In this document: in pieces, positions 21,369-31,037 of the stretch
How the letters are laid out: the number at the start of each line of letters is the position of its first letter
Numbering within the stretch: the stretch's first letter is position 1
Assembly: GCA_049903315.1 (NCBI GenBank)
Contig: JBNGBT010000008.1
Span: 62,330-126,329, forward strand
DNA from: Candidatus Cloacimonadota bacterium
Lineage (GTDB): Bacteria > Cloacimonadota > Cloacimonadia > JGIOTU-2
Reading direction: 5' to 3'
Length of the DNA stretch: 64,000 nucleotides
Position numbers and translations under genes: made by a program
Notes under the pieces: generated by a model
The model's input: the letters and a program-made list of their open reading frames with translations, nothing else
Told to the model about the DNA's origin: nothing
Database searches by the model: none

Positions 21369-23747
21369 ATGAAAAAAATTGTTATTATATTGCTATTAAA
21401 TCTTATAGCATTTGTACTTAATGCTACGATTATTAATATCCCAGCTGATTATACCACAATACAAGAAGGTATTGATGCTTCAGTTGATGGAGATACTGTT
21501 CTTGTACAGCCAGGAAATTATGTTGAAAATATAGCATTAATAAGTAAAAATATCTATATTGCTTCCCTATATTTAACAACACAGGATACATCATATATTG
21601 CGCAAACGATAATTGATGGAAATCAAGAAAATCCTGCAGTGAGAATTCTTAATGGAGTTGATAGTACTGGTGTATTAGATGGATTTACAATAACTAACGG
21701 TGATCCTGCGGGGTTGCTAATATTTATTGCTAGTCCAACAATTAAAAATCTATATGTTTACGACAATCCTGAAGGAATTAGATGTCAAAATTCAAGTAGC
21801 CCAACTATTTTAAATGTAGATATAATAAATAATACATCAAACGGAATTATGTGTACAATGAACAGTAATGCAAATTTACAGAACGCTAATATAATTGGAA
21901 ATACATCAACAGATGGAGCAGGTATCTATTGTGATAGTTCTATAATGACTGTTAAAAATTCGATTATTACAGAGAATACTGCAACAGGTAAAGGAGGAGG
22001 TATTTATTGTAAGGGATCTGAAATTGTTTTAGAGAATACTACGATTTCTAATAATATTGCTAATAGTGGAGGTGGTATTTATTGTTATAATTCAGATGTG
22101 GAGTTCAGCTCATACAATAGATGTAATATTTTTATGAATAGCAATATTGTTAATAAAGGATATGGTTTGGATATATCTTCACAAAATTGTGATATAATTA
22201 ATGTAATTTTAGATACTTTCACAGTAGTAAACCCAACAGATTTCTATGTTTCCCCAATAATTAACTACACTTTTGATATTTTACATGGATATCAGAACAA
22301 CATAATAAATTCTGATTTATATGTATCTTTAGATGGAGATAATTCAAATTCCGGTACTAGTCCCGATGAGCCCTTAAAAACAATTAGAAATGCTTTATCT
22401 AAGATTTATGCTGATAGTCTAAATAAGAATACAATTTATATTGCAGATGGTGTGTATAGTGAAAGTACAAATGGAGAGATATTTCCTTTAAAATGGTGCA
22501 ACTATGTATCACTTGAGGGTTTTTCAAAGAACGAGACAATTTTAGATGGAGAAAATGAAAATAGGTTATTAGATTTCTATTATATTACTGAAGCTACAAT
22601 AAGTAATATTACTATAACAAAAGGAAATTCAGGGGATGGAGGGGGAGTATATTGTAGAAATTCAAATCCACATTTTATGAATGTAAATGTTAATTATAAT
22701 GTTAGCACCGGAGAAGGAGGAGGAATGTCCTTTAGAGATTCTAATCCGGTTATGGAAAATGTAGAAATAAATGATAATACAGCAGATTATGATGGAGGGG
22801 GTATCTATTCAATAAACTCCGAGATATATTTAAATGGTGTGTCAGTTTATGATAATACATCATACGAATATGGAGGAGGAATGTATATTGGAAATGTTTT
22901 ATCTGCGATGCCTGATCCAATTTTAGAAAATGTTAAATTAACTGGAAATTACTGTGAAAATGCCGGTGGGGGTGTTTTCTTTGAGTTTAATAAACCAACT
23001 TTGCTGAATGTGGAGATAACAAATAATACAGCAAATGAAAACGGTGGGGGAATATATGGATGGGATGCAGAAATTAGCTTCGATAAAGTGACAATAGCAA
23101 ATAATACAGCAACAGATGATGGCGGCGCAATCTATTGTGAATATACAGATGTGAATATGATTAATAGTATAGTATGGAATAATTTGTCTAATGAGATATA
23201 TACTCATGGAAGTTGTGATATAGTTGCGAATTATACAGACATTAATGGTGGTTGGTCAGGAATTGGGAATATAGATTTAGATCCAATGTTTGTTGATCCG
23301 GGTGAGGGAGATTATCATCTCAGTTGGGTTAATTATCCTATGCCAGATGATACAAAATCTCCATGTATTGATGCAGGTGATCCGAGTTCGCCACTTAATC
23401 CTGACGGAACAATAGCAGACATGGGAGCATACTATTTTAATCAAAATGTATCGATTGATGATCCACAGAATTTTGATAATCATACACTTAAAACCTGTCC
23501 AAATCCAACTAATATTAATAATGAATGTTTAAATATAAATTTCAAAATGGAAAAAAATGGAAAAGTCGATATAGGACTTTATAATTTAAAGGGGCAATTA
23601 GTAAAAGAAATTTTAAATGAGGAAAAAGGGATTGGTGAATATACGATACGATATACTGCAAATAAATTAAATACTGGCATTTATTTTATTAAAATGGATT
23701 TCAATGGAAAAAAGATAGAGGTAAATAAAGTTATTATTTTGAAATAA
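21369..23747 (+). CDS. Secreted parallel beta-helix (pectin-lyase-fold) repeat protein with C-terminal sorting-type Ig domain
   Basis: Signal peptide; IPADYTTIQEGID; many N-x(n)-GGGIYC repeats; DGDNSNSGTSPDEPLKTI (DUF1565-like); SPCIDAGDP...DMGAY; tail PNP...YNLKGQLVK...GIYFIK; visibly AT-richer than flanks. Confidence 0.8.
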   Translation: MKKIVIILLLNLIAFVLNATIINIPADYTTIQEGIDASVDGDTVLVQPGNYVENIALISKNIYIASLYLTTQDTSYIAQTIIDGNQENPAVRILNGVDSTGVLDGFTITNGDPAGLLIFIASPTIKNLYVYDNPEGIRCQNSSSPTILNVDIINNTSNGIMCTMNSNANLQNANIIGNTSTDGAGIYCDSSIMTVKNSIITENTATGKGGGIYCKGSEIVLENTTISNNIANSGGGIYCYNSDVEFSSYNRCNIFMNSNIVNKGYGLDISSQNCDIINVILDTFTVVNPTDFYVSPIINYTFDILHGYQNNIINSDLYVSLDGDNSNSGTSPDEPLKTIRNALSKIYADSLNKNTIYIADGVYSESTNGEIFPLKWCNYVSLEGFSKNETILDGENENRLLDFYYITEATISNITITKGNSGDGGGVYCRNSNPHFMNVNVNYNVSTGEGGGMSFRDSNPVMENVEINDNTADYDGGGIYSINSEIYLNGVSVYDNTSYEYGGGMYIGNVLSAMPDPILENVKLTGNYCENAGGGVFFEFNKPTLLNVEITNNTANENGGGIYGWDAEISFDKVTIANNTATDDGGAIYCEYTDVNMINSIVWNNLSNEIYTHGSCDIVANYTDINGGWSGIGNIDLDPMFVDPGEGDYHLSWVNYPMPDDTKSPCIDAGDPSSPLNPDGTIADMGAYYFNQNVSIDDPQNFDNHTLKTCPNPTNINNECLNINFKMEKNGKVDIGLYNLKGQLVKEILNEEKGIGEYTIRYTANKLNTGIYFIKMDFNGKKIEVNKVIILK

Positions 23748-23830
23748 TATAAAAACTGAATCCCCTTTATCAAGATGGGTGAACCCCCATCTGGCGGATA
23801 AGACATCATGGATGTTTTACTCCAAAACAT

Positions 23831-23880
23831 GTAACTCAACATTCCGATGTTGAGTACGCAAGATCGAAATCTTGCGTTAC
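23831..23880. repeat. Inverted doublet of 25-nt GTAA-type REP-like palindromes
   Basis: + strand GTAACTCAACATTCCGATGTTGAGT (23831-23855); - strand GTAACGCAAGATTTCGATCTTGCGT (23856-23880); stem differences are compensatory. Confidence 0.7.
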
Positions 23881-25160
23881 AAATTTTTACAATACCCCAG
23901 CACTTCCCCGATCGTATACAACGAACCACTTACACATATAAGATCATTTTTGTCAGCGATCTTCTTTGCATGTTCAAATGCGGAGATGCTGTTCGGAAAT
24001 TTGTAATATGCAATACCTGTTTTCTTCACTTCCCTCTCAAGTGTTTCGATTGCTGCAGCTCTGTGAGATTGCGATTTACTGATCACAATAATGTCTGCGA
24101 TCTCGGAAATGGAACGCACCATCTTTTTGATTTCCTTATCATAGAGTATGCCAAGCACAACGATAAGTTTCTTGTATTTGTAGATTGATTTAATATTGCG
24201 AACAAGCTGTCTCATGCCTGCGGGATTGTGTGCTCCGTCAAGAATGATCGTAGGATTTTCTCCGATTTTTTGCAGGCGTCCATTCCAGATGACAGAAGCA
24301 AGAGCTTGCTTTGTCTTTTCTTCATCGAGTACGAATCCATAATATTTTGCAAGTACAGCACACACGAGAACAGACAGTGCAGTATTACCCACCTGATGTG
24401 CTCCTGCAAGATTGCAATAGATACCATTGAAGTTCACATCATACGAGGGGATTGAGATGTCATAGTACACGCCGTTCTCGCCATAATGTTCATTGGAAAG
24501 AGTTAGTGTTTTTTCATATTCGACAACCGGGCAGGAGAGTTCTTTTGCTCTTTGCAAAATTGCTTTTCGTGCTGCTGGACGCGTTCTGCCAAGCACTAGT
24601 GGGATGCCTTTTTTTAGGATTCCCGCTTTTTCAAGGGCGATCTTGGCAAGTGTATTTCCGAGAGATTTTGTATGATCGTATTCGATATTTGTAATAACTG
24701 TGATAACAGCGTTGAGCAGCACACTGGCATCGAGCCGTCCTCCGAGTCCGACCTCCATAATAGAAAAATCAACTCCTTGATTATAAAAAAGTTCAAAAGC
24801 AATGGCAGTTGAAATCTCAAAATAGGTTGTATCGAATTCTTCGTGAGTATCTTTTCTTTTGAGATACAATGCAAGTAGTTCTTCTGGATTTACCTCTTCT
24901 TTGTTGATGCGGAAGCGTTCTTTATAATCAACAAGATGGGGGGATGTATTAAGTCCGACCGAAAAATTGTGAGTATGCAGGATCGACTCGATTGCTGCGC
25001 AGGTCGAGCCCTTGCCGTTCGTTCCAGCGACATGGATGCCCTGTATATTCTTTTCGGGATTGCCGATCGCATCGAGAAACTGTTTTATTCTTGTCAGCTC
25101 GATCTTTCGATCGGTGGCAGTCTTTGCGAAGATTTCTTCTAAGAATTTATTATAATTCAT
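23877..25160 (-). CDS. folC: Folylpolyglutamate synthase / dihydrofolate synthase
   Basis: IHVAGTNGKGST, TSPHL, EVGLGGRLDA, EKAGILK, ILDGAHNPAG, SGSLYTIG. Confidence 0.95.
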   Translation of the reverse strand: MNYNKFLEEIFAKTATDRKIELTRIKQFLDAIGNPEKNIQGIHVAGTNGKGSTCAAIESILHTHNFSVGLNTSPHLVDYKERFRINKEEVNPEELLALYLKRKDTHEEFDTTYFEISTAIAFELFYNQGVDFSIMEVGLGGRLDASVLLNAVITVITNIEYDHTKSLGNTLAKIALEKAGILKKGIPLVLGRTRPAARKAILQRAKELSCPVVEYEKTLTLSNEHYGENGVYYDISIPSYDVNFNGIYCNLAGAHQVGNTALSVLVCAVLAKYYGFVLDEEKTKQALASVIWNGRLQKIGENPTIILDGAHNPAGMRQLVRNIKSIYKYKKLIVVLGILYDKEIKKMVRSISEIADIIVISKSQSHRAAAIETLEREVKKTGIAYYKFPNSISAFEHAKKIADKNDLICVSGSLYTIGEVLGYCKNL

Positions 25161-25161
25161 A

Positions 25162-26451
25162 TTATTTTAGATATATCATTTTATGAAAAGACGTTTCTAC
25201 ATTTTCAGAAACCATCTTGTAAAGATAAACACCGCCGGACGCTTTTTTGCCATTCTCGTCTTTCCCATCCCAAACAGCTTGAAGCGTTCCCAAACAGTGG
25301 TTTGGGAATGAGGTAAGTTTTTTAATTAATTGTCCTTTTATATTGTAGATTTCCACTTCTGTGTTCTCTGTGCTCTCTGTGGTGAAAAAATTTATTATAG
25401 TTGAATCCGTAAATGGATTAGGGTAATTGCTGACAAAAATGTCATCAGGATGGGGAATATCCACGCTGACTCCCGTGTAGTAAAATCCGGCATCCTGGGG
25501 ATTAACACCGACAGTGAGTGTGTGAAGAAGCTCCTCCGATTCTGAGTAAATGTACATCCTTCCATTATTGATCCAGTCCATAGAATCACCCAGATAGATT
25601 GTGCCATCATTATCAAATTGAATGAAGCTGCCACCGCTTGCCCAGAGACCTGTAGAGGAATGTATAATTGAGAGATCCAGAGAATTGTACGCCAAATAAC
25701 CAAGTCCGAATCCGTCTGCGAGATAAGTAGTGCCGTTTGGATGAATGGCAATCTTGGTCGGTGAACCACCAATATCAAGAATAGTGATGTCATTATAATT
25801 TGCAGTATTAATAATATAGATCTTTCCCCAAACAGCGGGATTGGCATAACCATAATTACCTGTACAAACGACATGCAAACGACCAAATGCATCGATTGCT
25901 CCAAACTGCGGATTGTTACCAACGGGAATCGTATTCGTTACCGTTTCTGTATTAATGTCGATAACCGAAACTGTTCCCATACTCGAGCCATAAGAGGAAT
26001 TCATCACGTATAAATTATCATTATAAAGAACCATTCCTTCCGGCGTGGATCCCACCGGAATAGAGCCCGAGACAACATTATTAATAAGATCGAGAACATA
26101 TACTGAATTGGTAAAAAGTCCTGTTACATATGCCTTGTCTCCATTTGGGTGAATGACCATCCAATATGGATTCGAGCCGTTCGGGCATTGGATGTGACCC
26201 GAGGTTGTTTCTGTTTCGAGATTTATGACCTGGATAGAATGTATTCCAGAGTTGACCACGTATGCTTTATCCTCCTGAACGACGATCTGGTTGGCGTACT
26301 GTCCGAGCTGCAAAATATGGTTTTCAAGCACTTCGGTTTCAGTGTCATAATGGGAAAGCGTTTCGTCATTGCTGTTGACGATGTACACATCGTGGCTATA
26401 AAGTAATGCTGAAATGAGTAGGAAGATAGACAGGATAAGGAAATTTCTCAT
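25162..26451 (-). CDS. Secreted YncE/YVTN-type beta-propeller (BtuG-like) with C-terminal FlgD-Ig/T9SS-type sorting domain
   Basis: Signal peptide; repeats KAYVVNS, KAYVTG, IPVGSTPEG, IPVGNNP, LTVGVNP; tail NYPNPF...IYNIKGQLIK...VWDGKDENGK...GVYLYKM; directly downstream of the TonB-dependent receptor. Confidence 0.75.
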   Translation of the reverse strand: MRNFLILSIFLLISALLYSHDVYIVNSNDETLSHYDTETEVLENHILQLGQYANQIVVQEDKAYVVNSGIHSIQVINLETETTSGHIQCPNGSNPYWMVIHPNGDKAYVTGLFTNSVYVLDLINNVVSGSIPVGSTPEGMVLYNDNLYVMNSSYGSSMGTVSVIDINTETVTNTIPVGNNPQFGAIDAFGRLHVVCTGNYGYANPAVWGKIYIINTANYNDITILDIGGSPTKIAIHPNGTTYLADGFGLGYLAYNSLDLSIIHSSTGLWASGGSFIQFDNDGTIYLGDSMDWINNGRMYIYSESEELLHTLTVGVNPQDAGFYYTGVSVDIPHPDDIFVSNYPNPFTDSTIINFFTTESTENTEVEIYNIKGQLIKKLTSFPNHCLGTLQAVWDGKDENGKKASGGVYLYKMVSENVETSFHKMIYLK

Positions 26452-26461
26452 TGAGACCTTT

Positions 26462-28591
26462 CTAAAGAAAATTTACAGAGAATGATATTTCCAGATTTCT
26501 TCCGGGAGACGGAATATTTCTTGAAGTTTCATAGTGCGCGTTAAAGAGGTTATTTATTCTCATAGAAATTGAAGTTTTGAGTTTTGTGCCGATCTGCATA
26601 GAATAAAGGATGCCGGTATCGTAGGTGGTATAGCCGTCAACCATTACAGTATTGCTGAAATTATCAAACTGTTTTCCAATGTTCAGGACTGATGCAAAAA
26701 GTGAAATGTCCGCTATAGAATATTTAATTTTTCCCTGCATTTTATGAAGGGGTTTGTTTGTAAGATATTTATTATAATGATCGGCAGCAGATGTTTTATT
26801 GATCGGGTAGTTCTTTGACCCGCTCAGTTCAAGTTCAAGATTATCGAAGATGTACCAGTTCAGAGAACCAGAAAACCCGTAAAGTTCCGCATCAGCAAGA
26901 TTGTCCGGCTTCCAAATTCCAAGCGCAGTTCTGTACCAGTATATAAGATTTTCGATCCGGTTGAAGTATACCTCACCCGAGAGAGTGAAAGAGCTGAGTT
27001 TTACTTTTATGTTACTACTCGTGCCATAAGAGCGTTCGGCTTGAAGATTTGGATTTCCCTGTACCTGTGCGTCACCTTTCCAGAAAAGCGAACTGAATTC
27101 CGGCATCGCATAGGAGTTCCCTCCGGAAATGCTCATCTGAAAAACGTCTAATTTTGCTGGATATTCAAACGTAAGATGAGAGGAAACATACACATCCTCA
27201 TCAACAAAATAGTCTGCACGCACAGATGGAATTAAAGATAATTTCTGCAATCCTATTAACAGCGGGATGGAGGTTTCATTAGACAGATATACAAAGGTTC
27301 TGTTTTTTTGCAAGATCGAGTTTTCAGGATGTAGATGGTCATCAAATTTATAGGTTTCATGTCGCACACCGAGTTGTGATATTGAAGACAGAACTGGTCC
27401 GGTTGAATTCAATTTTGCACGAGCTTCAAAAGTCGAGGTTTTATTTGTTGAGTTTTCGGAATAAAATGGATTTGTCGTTGAGTTCTCATACTGACTTTTA
27501 TTAAATTGATAATAGAGATCGGTCGATAAAGTGTTTTTTCCAAAAGGGAATCGAACATCAGTATTTATATAAAATCTCTGTGCTTTTCCTCGCGCTTTCT
27601 CGAACCAAATGTAGTCGTTTGACTGCCCCGGGATACCTCTTTCAGCAGAGTAGTAGAGAAATGACAACTTTGAGAATGCATCATTTTTGAACGCTATTCG
27701 AGATTGAAGCGATAGAGAGCCCTCTTTCATGTCGTTATTTGTCCGGGTGATCGTTTTCTCATCATATTCATTAAAGTATTTGAAATTATTTTGAGCGGTG
27801 TGACCGTAAAGATTACACAACACAGAATATCTTCCAAAGGAAAAATTATTTTGATAATTGAGAGAATAATTTTGCCAGCTTCCTGCATGCGAAACAATTT
27901 CGTGCGAATGAGAACTGGAGCGGGAATTTTTCAGTACAATGTTCACAATGCCCCCGATTGCTGATTCTCCGGACGTGCTGCCTGCATTGTGAGAAATAAC
28001 CTCCACATGATCGATCATATCAACGGGAATCGAAGAAATCGAGTTGCCCATAGAATTGTCTGTTTTCATTCCGTCGATGAGATACACGCAATGGCGCGCT
28101 TCATAGACATGGAGCTGAAGCTGTTTTTCGCCGCTGGCACTTTCTCTTATGAGTAAGCCAGGGTGCGCGGCAACCAATCCGGCTGTGCTATTATTCTCAA
28201 TATTTTCTGGAGTCAGTATTTCGATATCAGCTGAGGATAATTTAAGCGTAGTGCCCTTTTCTTTTCTTACACTTAATCCCTGAATTCTTATTGGTTCAAT
28301 TGAGAGATAAATGAGGTTGTTTCCTAGGTCAATAACAGTAAATTCTTTATCTTCGTATCCCTGAGAAGAAATGAAAATTTTGCATGGTAATTCACTCACG
28401 GGCATCGTGAACCAGCCGTTATCATCAGTAATTGTAATATGATCGGAACTTACTGTTTTTATGAGGGCATATCGTATTGGATTGCCTGTTTTTCCGCTGA
28501 GTATTCGTCCTTCAATTTCTGCATATAACAGCATTGGGAGTATGAGGGCGATGAAAAGCACACATCCAAATTTATTCATCCGGCTCACCAT
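26462..28591 (-). CDS. TonB-dependent outer-membrane receptor, BtuB-like
   Basis: Signal peptide, N-terminal carboxypeptidase-regulatory-like domain, plug motifs YLIDG / AIGGIVNI, NPNLQAERS, C-terminal INNLFN..Y...PSPGRN; in a B12-uptake gene context. Confidence 0.85.
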   Translation of the reverse strand: MVSRMNKFGCVLFIALILPMLLYAEIEGRILSGKTGNPIRYALIKTVSSDHITITDDNGWFTMPVSELPCKIFISSQGYEDKEFTVIDLGNNLIYLSIEPIRIQGLSVRKEKGTTLKLSSADIEILTPENIENNSTAGLVAAHPGLLIRESASGEKQLQLHVYEARHCVYLIDGMKTDNSMGNSISSIPVDMIDHVEVISHNAGSTSGESAIGGIVNIVLKNSRSSSHSHEIVSHAGSWQNYSLNYQNNFSFGRYSVLCNLYGHTAQNNFKYFNEYDEKTITRTNNDMKEGSLSLQSRIAFKNDAFSKLSFLYYSAERGIPGQSNDYIWFEKARGKAQRFYINTDVRFPFGKNTLSTDLYYQFNKSQYENSTTNPFYSENSTNKTSTFEARAKLNSTGPVLSSISQLGVRHETYKFDDHLHPENSILQKNRTFVYLSNETSIPLLIGLQKLSLIPSVRADYFVDEDVYVSSHLTFEYPAKLDVFQMSISGGNSYAMPEFSSLFWKGDAQVQGNPNLQAERSYGTSSNIKVKLSSFTLSGEVYFNRIENLIYWYRTALGIWKPDNLADAELYGFSGSLNWYIFDNLELELSGSKNYPINKTSAADHYNKYLTNKPLHKMQGKIKYSIADISLFASVLNIGKQFDNFSNTVMVDGYTTYDTGILYSMQIGTKLKTSISMRINNLFNAHYETSRNIPSPGRNLEISFSVNFL

Positions 28592-29366
28592 TCTGAGAGT
28601 AATTATAAAGTATATTAGGTTTGCCGGTAAATGGATTTTTAATAACTTCGATCGGTACGTGAAATACTTTTCTCAGAATTTCTTTTTTTAATACATCTTC
28701 TGTTTTGCCAAAGGCAACAATGCGGCCATTATCTAGTATGAGAATTTTATTACAAAATTCAGCAGCGAGATTGATATTATGAGAAACAGCAAAAATAGTT
28801 TTGCCCTTTTTTTGATTTTGATGTTGAAGAAGAGAAAAAATTCTTATTTGATGGTGAATATCAAGGTGGGATGCCGGTTCATCAAAAAATAGGATATCTG
28901 TGTCCTGATTGAGAGCTCTTGCGATCATAACAAGTTGAAACTCACCGCCGCTCAGTTCACCAAGGTACCTGTTTGAAAGATGGCTAATATTAAGTTCTTT
29001 TAATATAAGTTCAGTTTGAGCAATTTGCCCGTTTGTATAATTTTGCCAAAAACCCAGATAAGGATATTTACCCATCAACACGACATCCAGGACAGTAAAA
29101 TCAAACTCGAAATGGGGTTGCTGAACAACAACCGAAACGTGCTGTGCTCGTTCAAGAGAAGTGTAGCTTGAGAGAGGGTTATTATCTAAGTAAACATCAC
29201 CCCTGTAATCTTTTATATAACCGCAAAGGCATTTAAGGAGTGTCGATTTGCCTGCACCGTTCGGACCGATCACTCCCACAAAATCATTCCGTTCTATAAC
29301 AAATGAAATATCATCCAGAACAGGCTTGTCTGTGTAAGAATAAAATAAATTTGAAACTTTTATCAT
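28572..29366 (-). CDS. ABC transporter ATPase, BtuD/FecE family
   Basis: GPNGAGKST, LSGGEFQ, FFDEPASHLD, VSHNINLA. Confidence 0.9.
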   Translation of the reverse strand: MIKVSNLFYSYTDKPVLDDISFVIERNDFVGVIGPNGAGKSTLLKCLCGYIKDYRGDVYLDNNPLSSYTSLERAQHVSVVVQQPHFEFDFTVLDVVLMGKYPYLGFWQNYTNGQIAQTELILKELNISHLSNRYLGELSGGEFQLVMIARALNQDTDILFFDEPASHLDIHHQIRIFSLLQHQNQKKGKTIFAVSHNINLAAEFCNKILILDNGRIVAFGKTEDVLKKEILRKVFHVPIEVIKNPFTGKPNILYNYSQNGEPDE

Positions 29367-29430
29367 TTTTTTGTTGACGTTAATATACTTGTTTTGTATG
29401 TTTTAGCAAAATATGATCATGGAGGTCATA

Positions 29431-29844
29431 ATGAAAATATCGATTGATACAGACTACAGTTTGCGAGCTCTTCAGGAACTTGCATACCAGGATAGGGACA
29501 ATCCTTATTCTATTTTGAAGATTGCAACCAAGAGAAAAATTCCTCATAAATATCTTGAGAAACTTTTCAGAAGGTTGAGAATAGCTGGTATCGTTAAGTC
29601 GGTAAAAGGGCGCAAGGGCGGTTATATGCTCACCCGCAATCCCGATAAGATAACCACAAAAGATATCATTAAGGCGGTTGACGGCAGGACGAACATTCAT
29701 AACTGCAATGATCGCAAAACAGAGAAGCTCTGCGAATTTGCTGATGAATGCTCTTTCCAAGATTTCTGGAATGATTTTAATACTCATATTAATGACTTTC
29801 TTGATTCATATTCACTTGAAGATTTTCTTGAGAAAAGAAAATAA
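29431..29844 (+). CDS. Rrf2 family transcriptional regulator (IscR-like, three Cys)
   Basis: YLEKLFRRLRIAGIVKSVKGRKGGYML; C-x8-C-x5-C; ATG at 29431 after GGAGG; precedes a cysteine desulfurase. Confidence 0.88.
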   Translation: MKISIDTDYSLRALQELAYQDRDNPYSILKIATKRKIPHKYLEKLFRRLRIAGIVKSVKGRKGGYMLTRNPDKITTKDIIKAVDGRTNIHNCNDRKTEKLCEFADECSFQDFWNDFNTHINDFLDSYSLEDFLEKRK

Positions 29845-29855
29845 CGGAGTGTTCG

Positions 29856-31037
29856 ATGAGCGGCAAGGAAGTATATCTCGATAGCTGCAAAACATCCCGG
29901 CTTGCCCCTGGAGTGCTTGATGCAATGATGCCGTATTTAACTGATAAATACTGGTATCCTGGCTCATTTACCAGTATCGGAACAGAGATTGCAGAGGTGA
30001 TCGAAAAAGCGCAGGAAACAGTTGCCAACTCACTCAATGCGCAATCCGAAGAGATCACTTTCACTTCCGGGGGGACTGATGCGAATAATATTGCGATACA
30101 GGGAATCCTGCAGGCAAACAAAGAGAAGGGCAGGCATTTTATATGCTCAACCATCTCGCATCCATCGGTTCTGGCGGTCTTTCAGGGTTTGGAAAAGCAG
30201 GGTTTTGAAGGAACATATATCTCTGCGAATCGGGATGGATATCTTGATTTGGAAGAACTAAAAGCAGCGATCAGACCGGACACAATTCTTGCTGCGTTCA
30301 CGCATATTAATCACATCCTCGGCACTATTCAGGACTCAAAAGCGATTCGTGAGATACTCGATCAAGCTGATCATAAGATATACCTGTTCATGGATTCCTG
30401 CGAGGCTTATACGAAAATCCCGTTAGATGTTGAAGAACTAGGAATTGACTCTCTTTCAATTTCTGTGCACAAATTTAACGGACCGAAAGGCATGGGCATT
30501 CTCTATGTTAAAAAAGAAACGAAGATCGCTCCAACACAGTTTGGGATAGTAAGATTATACAAACTAAAACCCGGAGCGATCAATGTATCTGGAATCGTGG
30601 GAACCGCAAAAGCTATAGAGATGTCATTTGCTGATTTTGATAAACAGATCGAGCGATATAGAGAACTTCAGACTTTGCTTTATGATGAAATAATGAGAAG
30701 AATTCCAGATACTGTCCTGAATGGTCCACCGATTGGAGAACGCAGTCCTGCCCATCTAAATGTGACATTCCGCTTCATAGAAGGTGAAGCAATAATGATG
30801 ATGCTCGACTTTGATAATATCCATGTTGAAACCGGCTCTGCATGCTCGTCTCAAAATCTACAGCCAAACTATATCCTTATGAATACAGGAAGAACTCACG
30901 AAGAATCACACGGCTCTGTTCGTTTTACGCTGGACAGATTTGTCACAAAAGAGGATATACTCAAAACGGTCGATGCGCTGGAGAAAACAGCAAAAGAACT
31001 TCGTCGAAGAAGTCCGCTTGGTAAGAAGGAGCAATAA
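29856..31037 (+). CDS. iscS: Cysteine desulfurase (IscS/NifS type)
   Basis: FTSGGT, SVHKFNGPKGMG (PLP Lys), TGSACSS (catalytic Cys), GSVRFTL. Confidence 0.9.
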   Translation: MSGKEVYLDSCKTSRLAPGVLDAMMPYLTDKYWYPGSFTSIGTEIAEVIEKAQETVANSLNAQSEEITFTSGGTDANNIAIQGILQANKEKGRHFICSTISHPSVLAVFQGLEKQGFEGTYISANRDGYLDLEELKAAIRPDTILAAFTHINHILGTIQDSKAIREILDQADHKIYLFMDSCEAYTKIPLDVEELGIDSLSISVHKFNGPKGMGILYVKKETKIAPTQFGIVRLYKLKPGAINVSGIVGTAKAIEMSFADFDKQIERYRELQTLLYDEIMRRIPDTVLNGPPIGERSPAHLNVTFRFIEGEAIMMMLDFDNIHVETGSACSSQNLQPNYILMNTGRTHEESHGSVRFTLDRFVTKEDILKTVDALEKTAKELRRRSPLGKKEQ

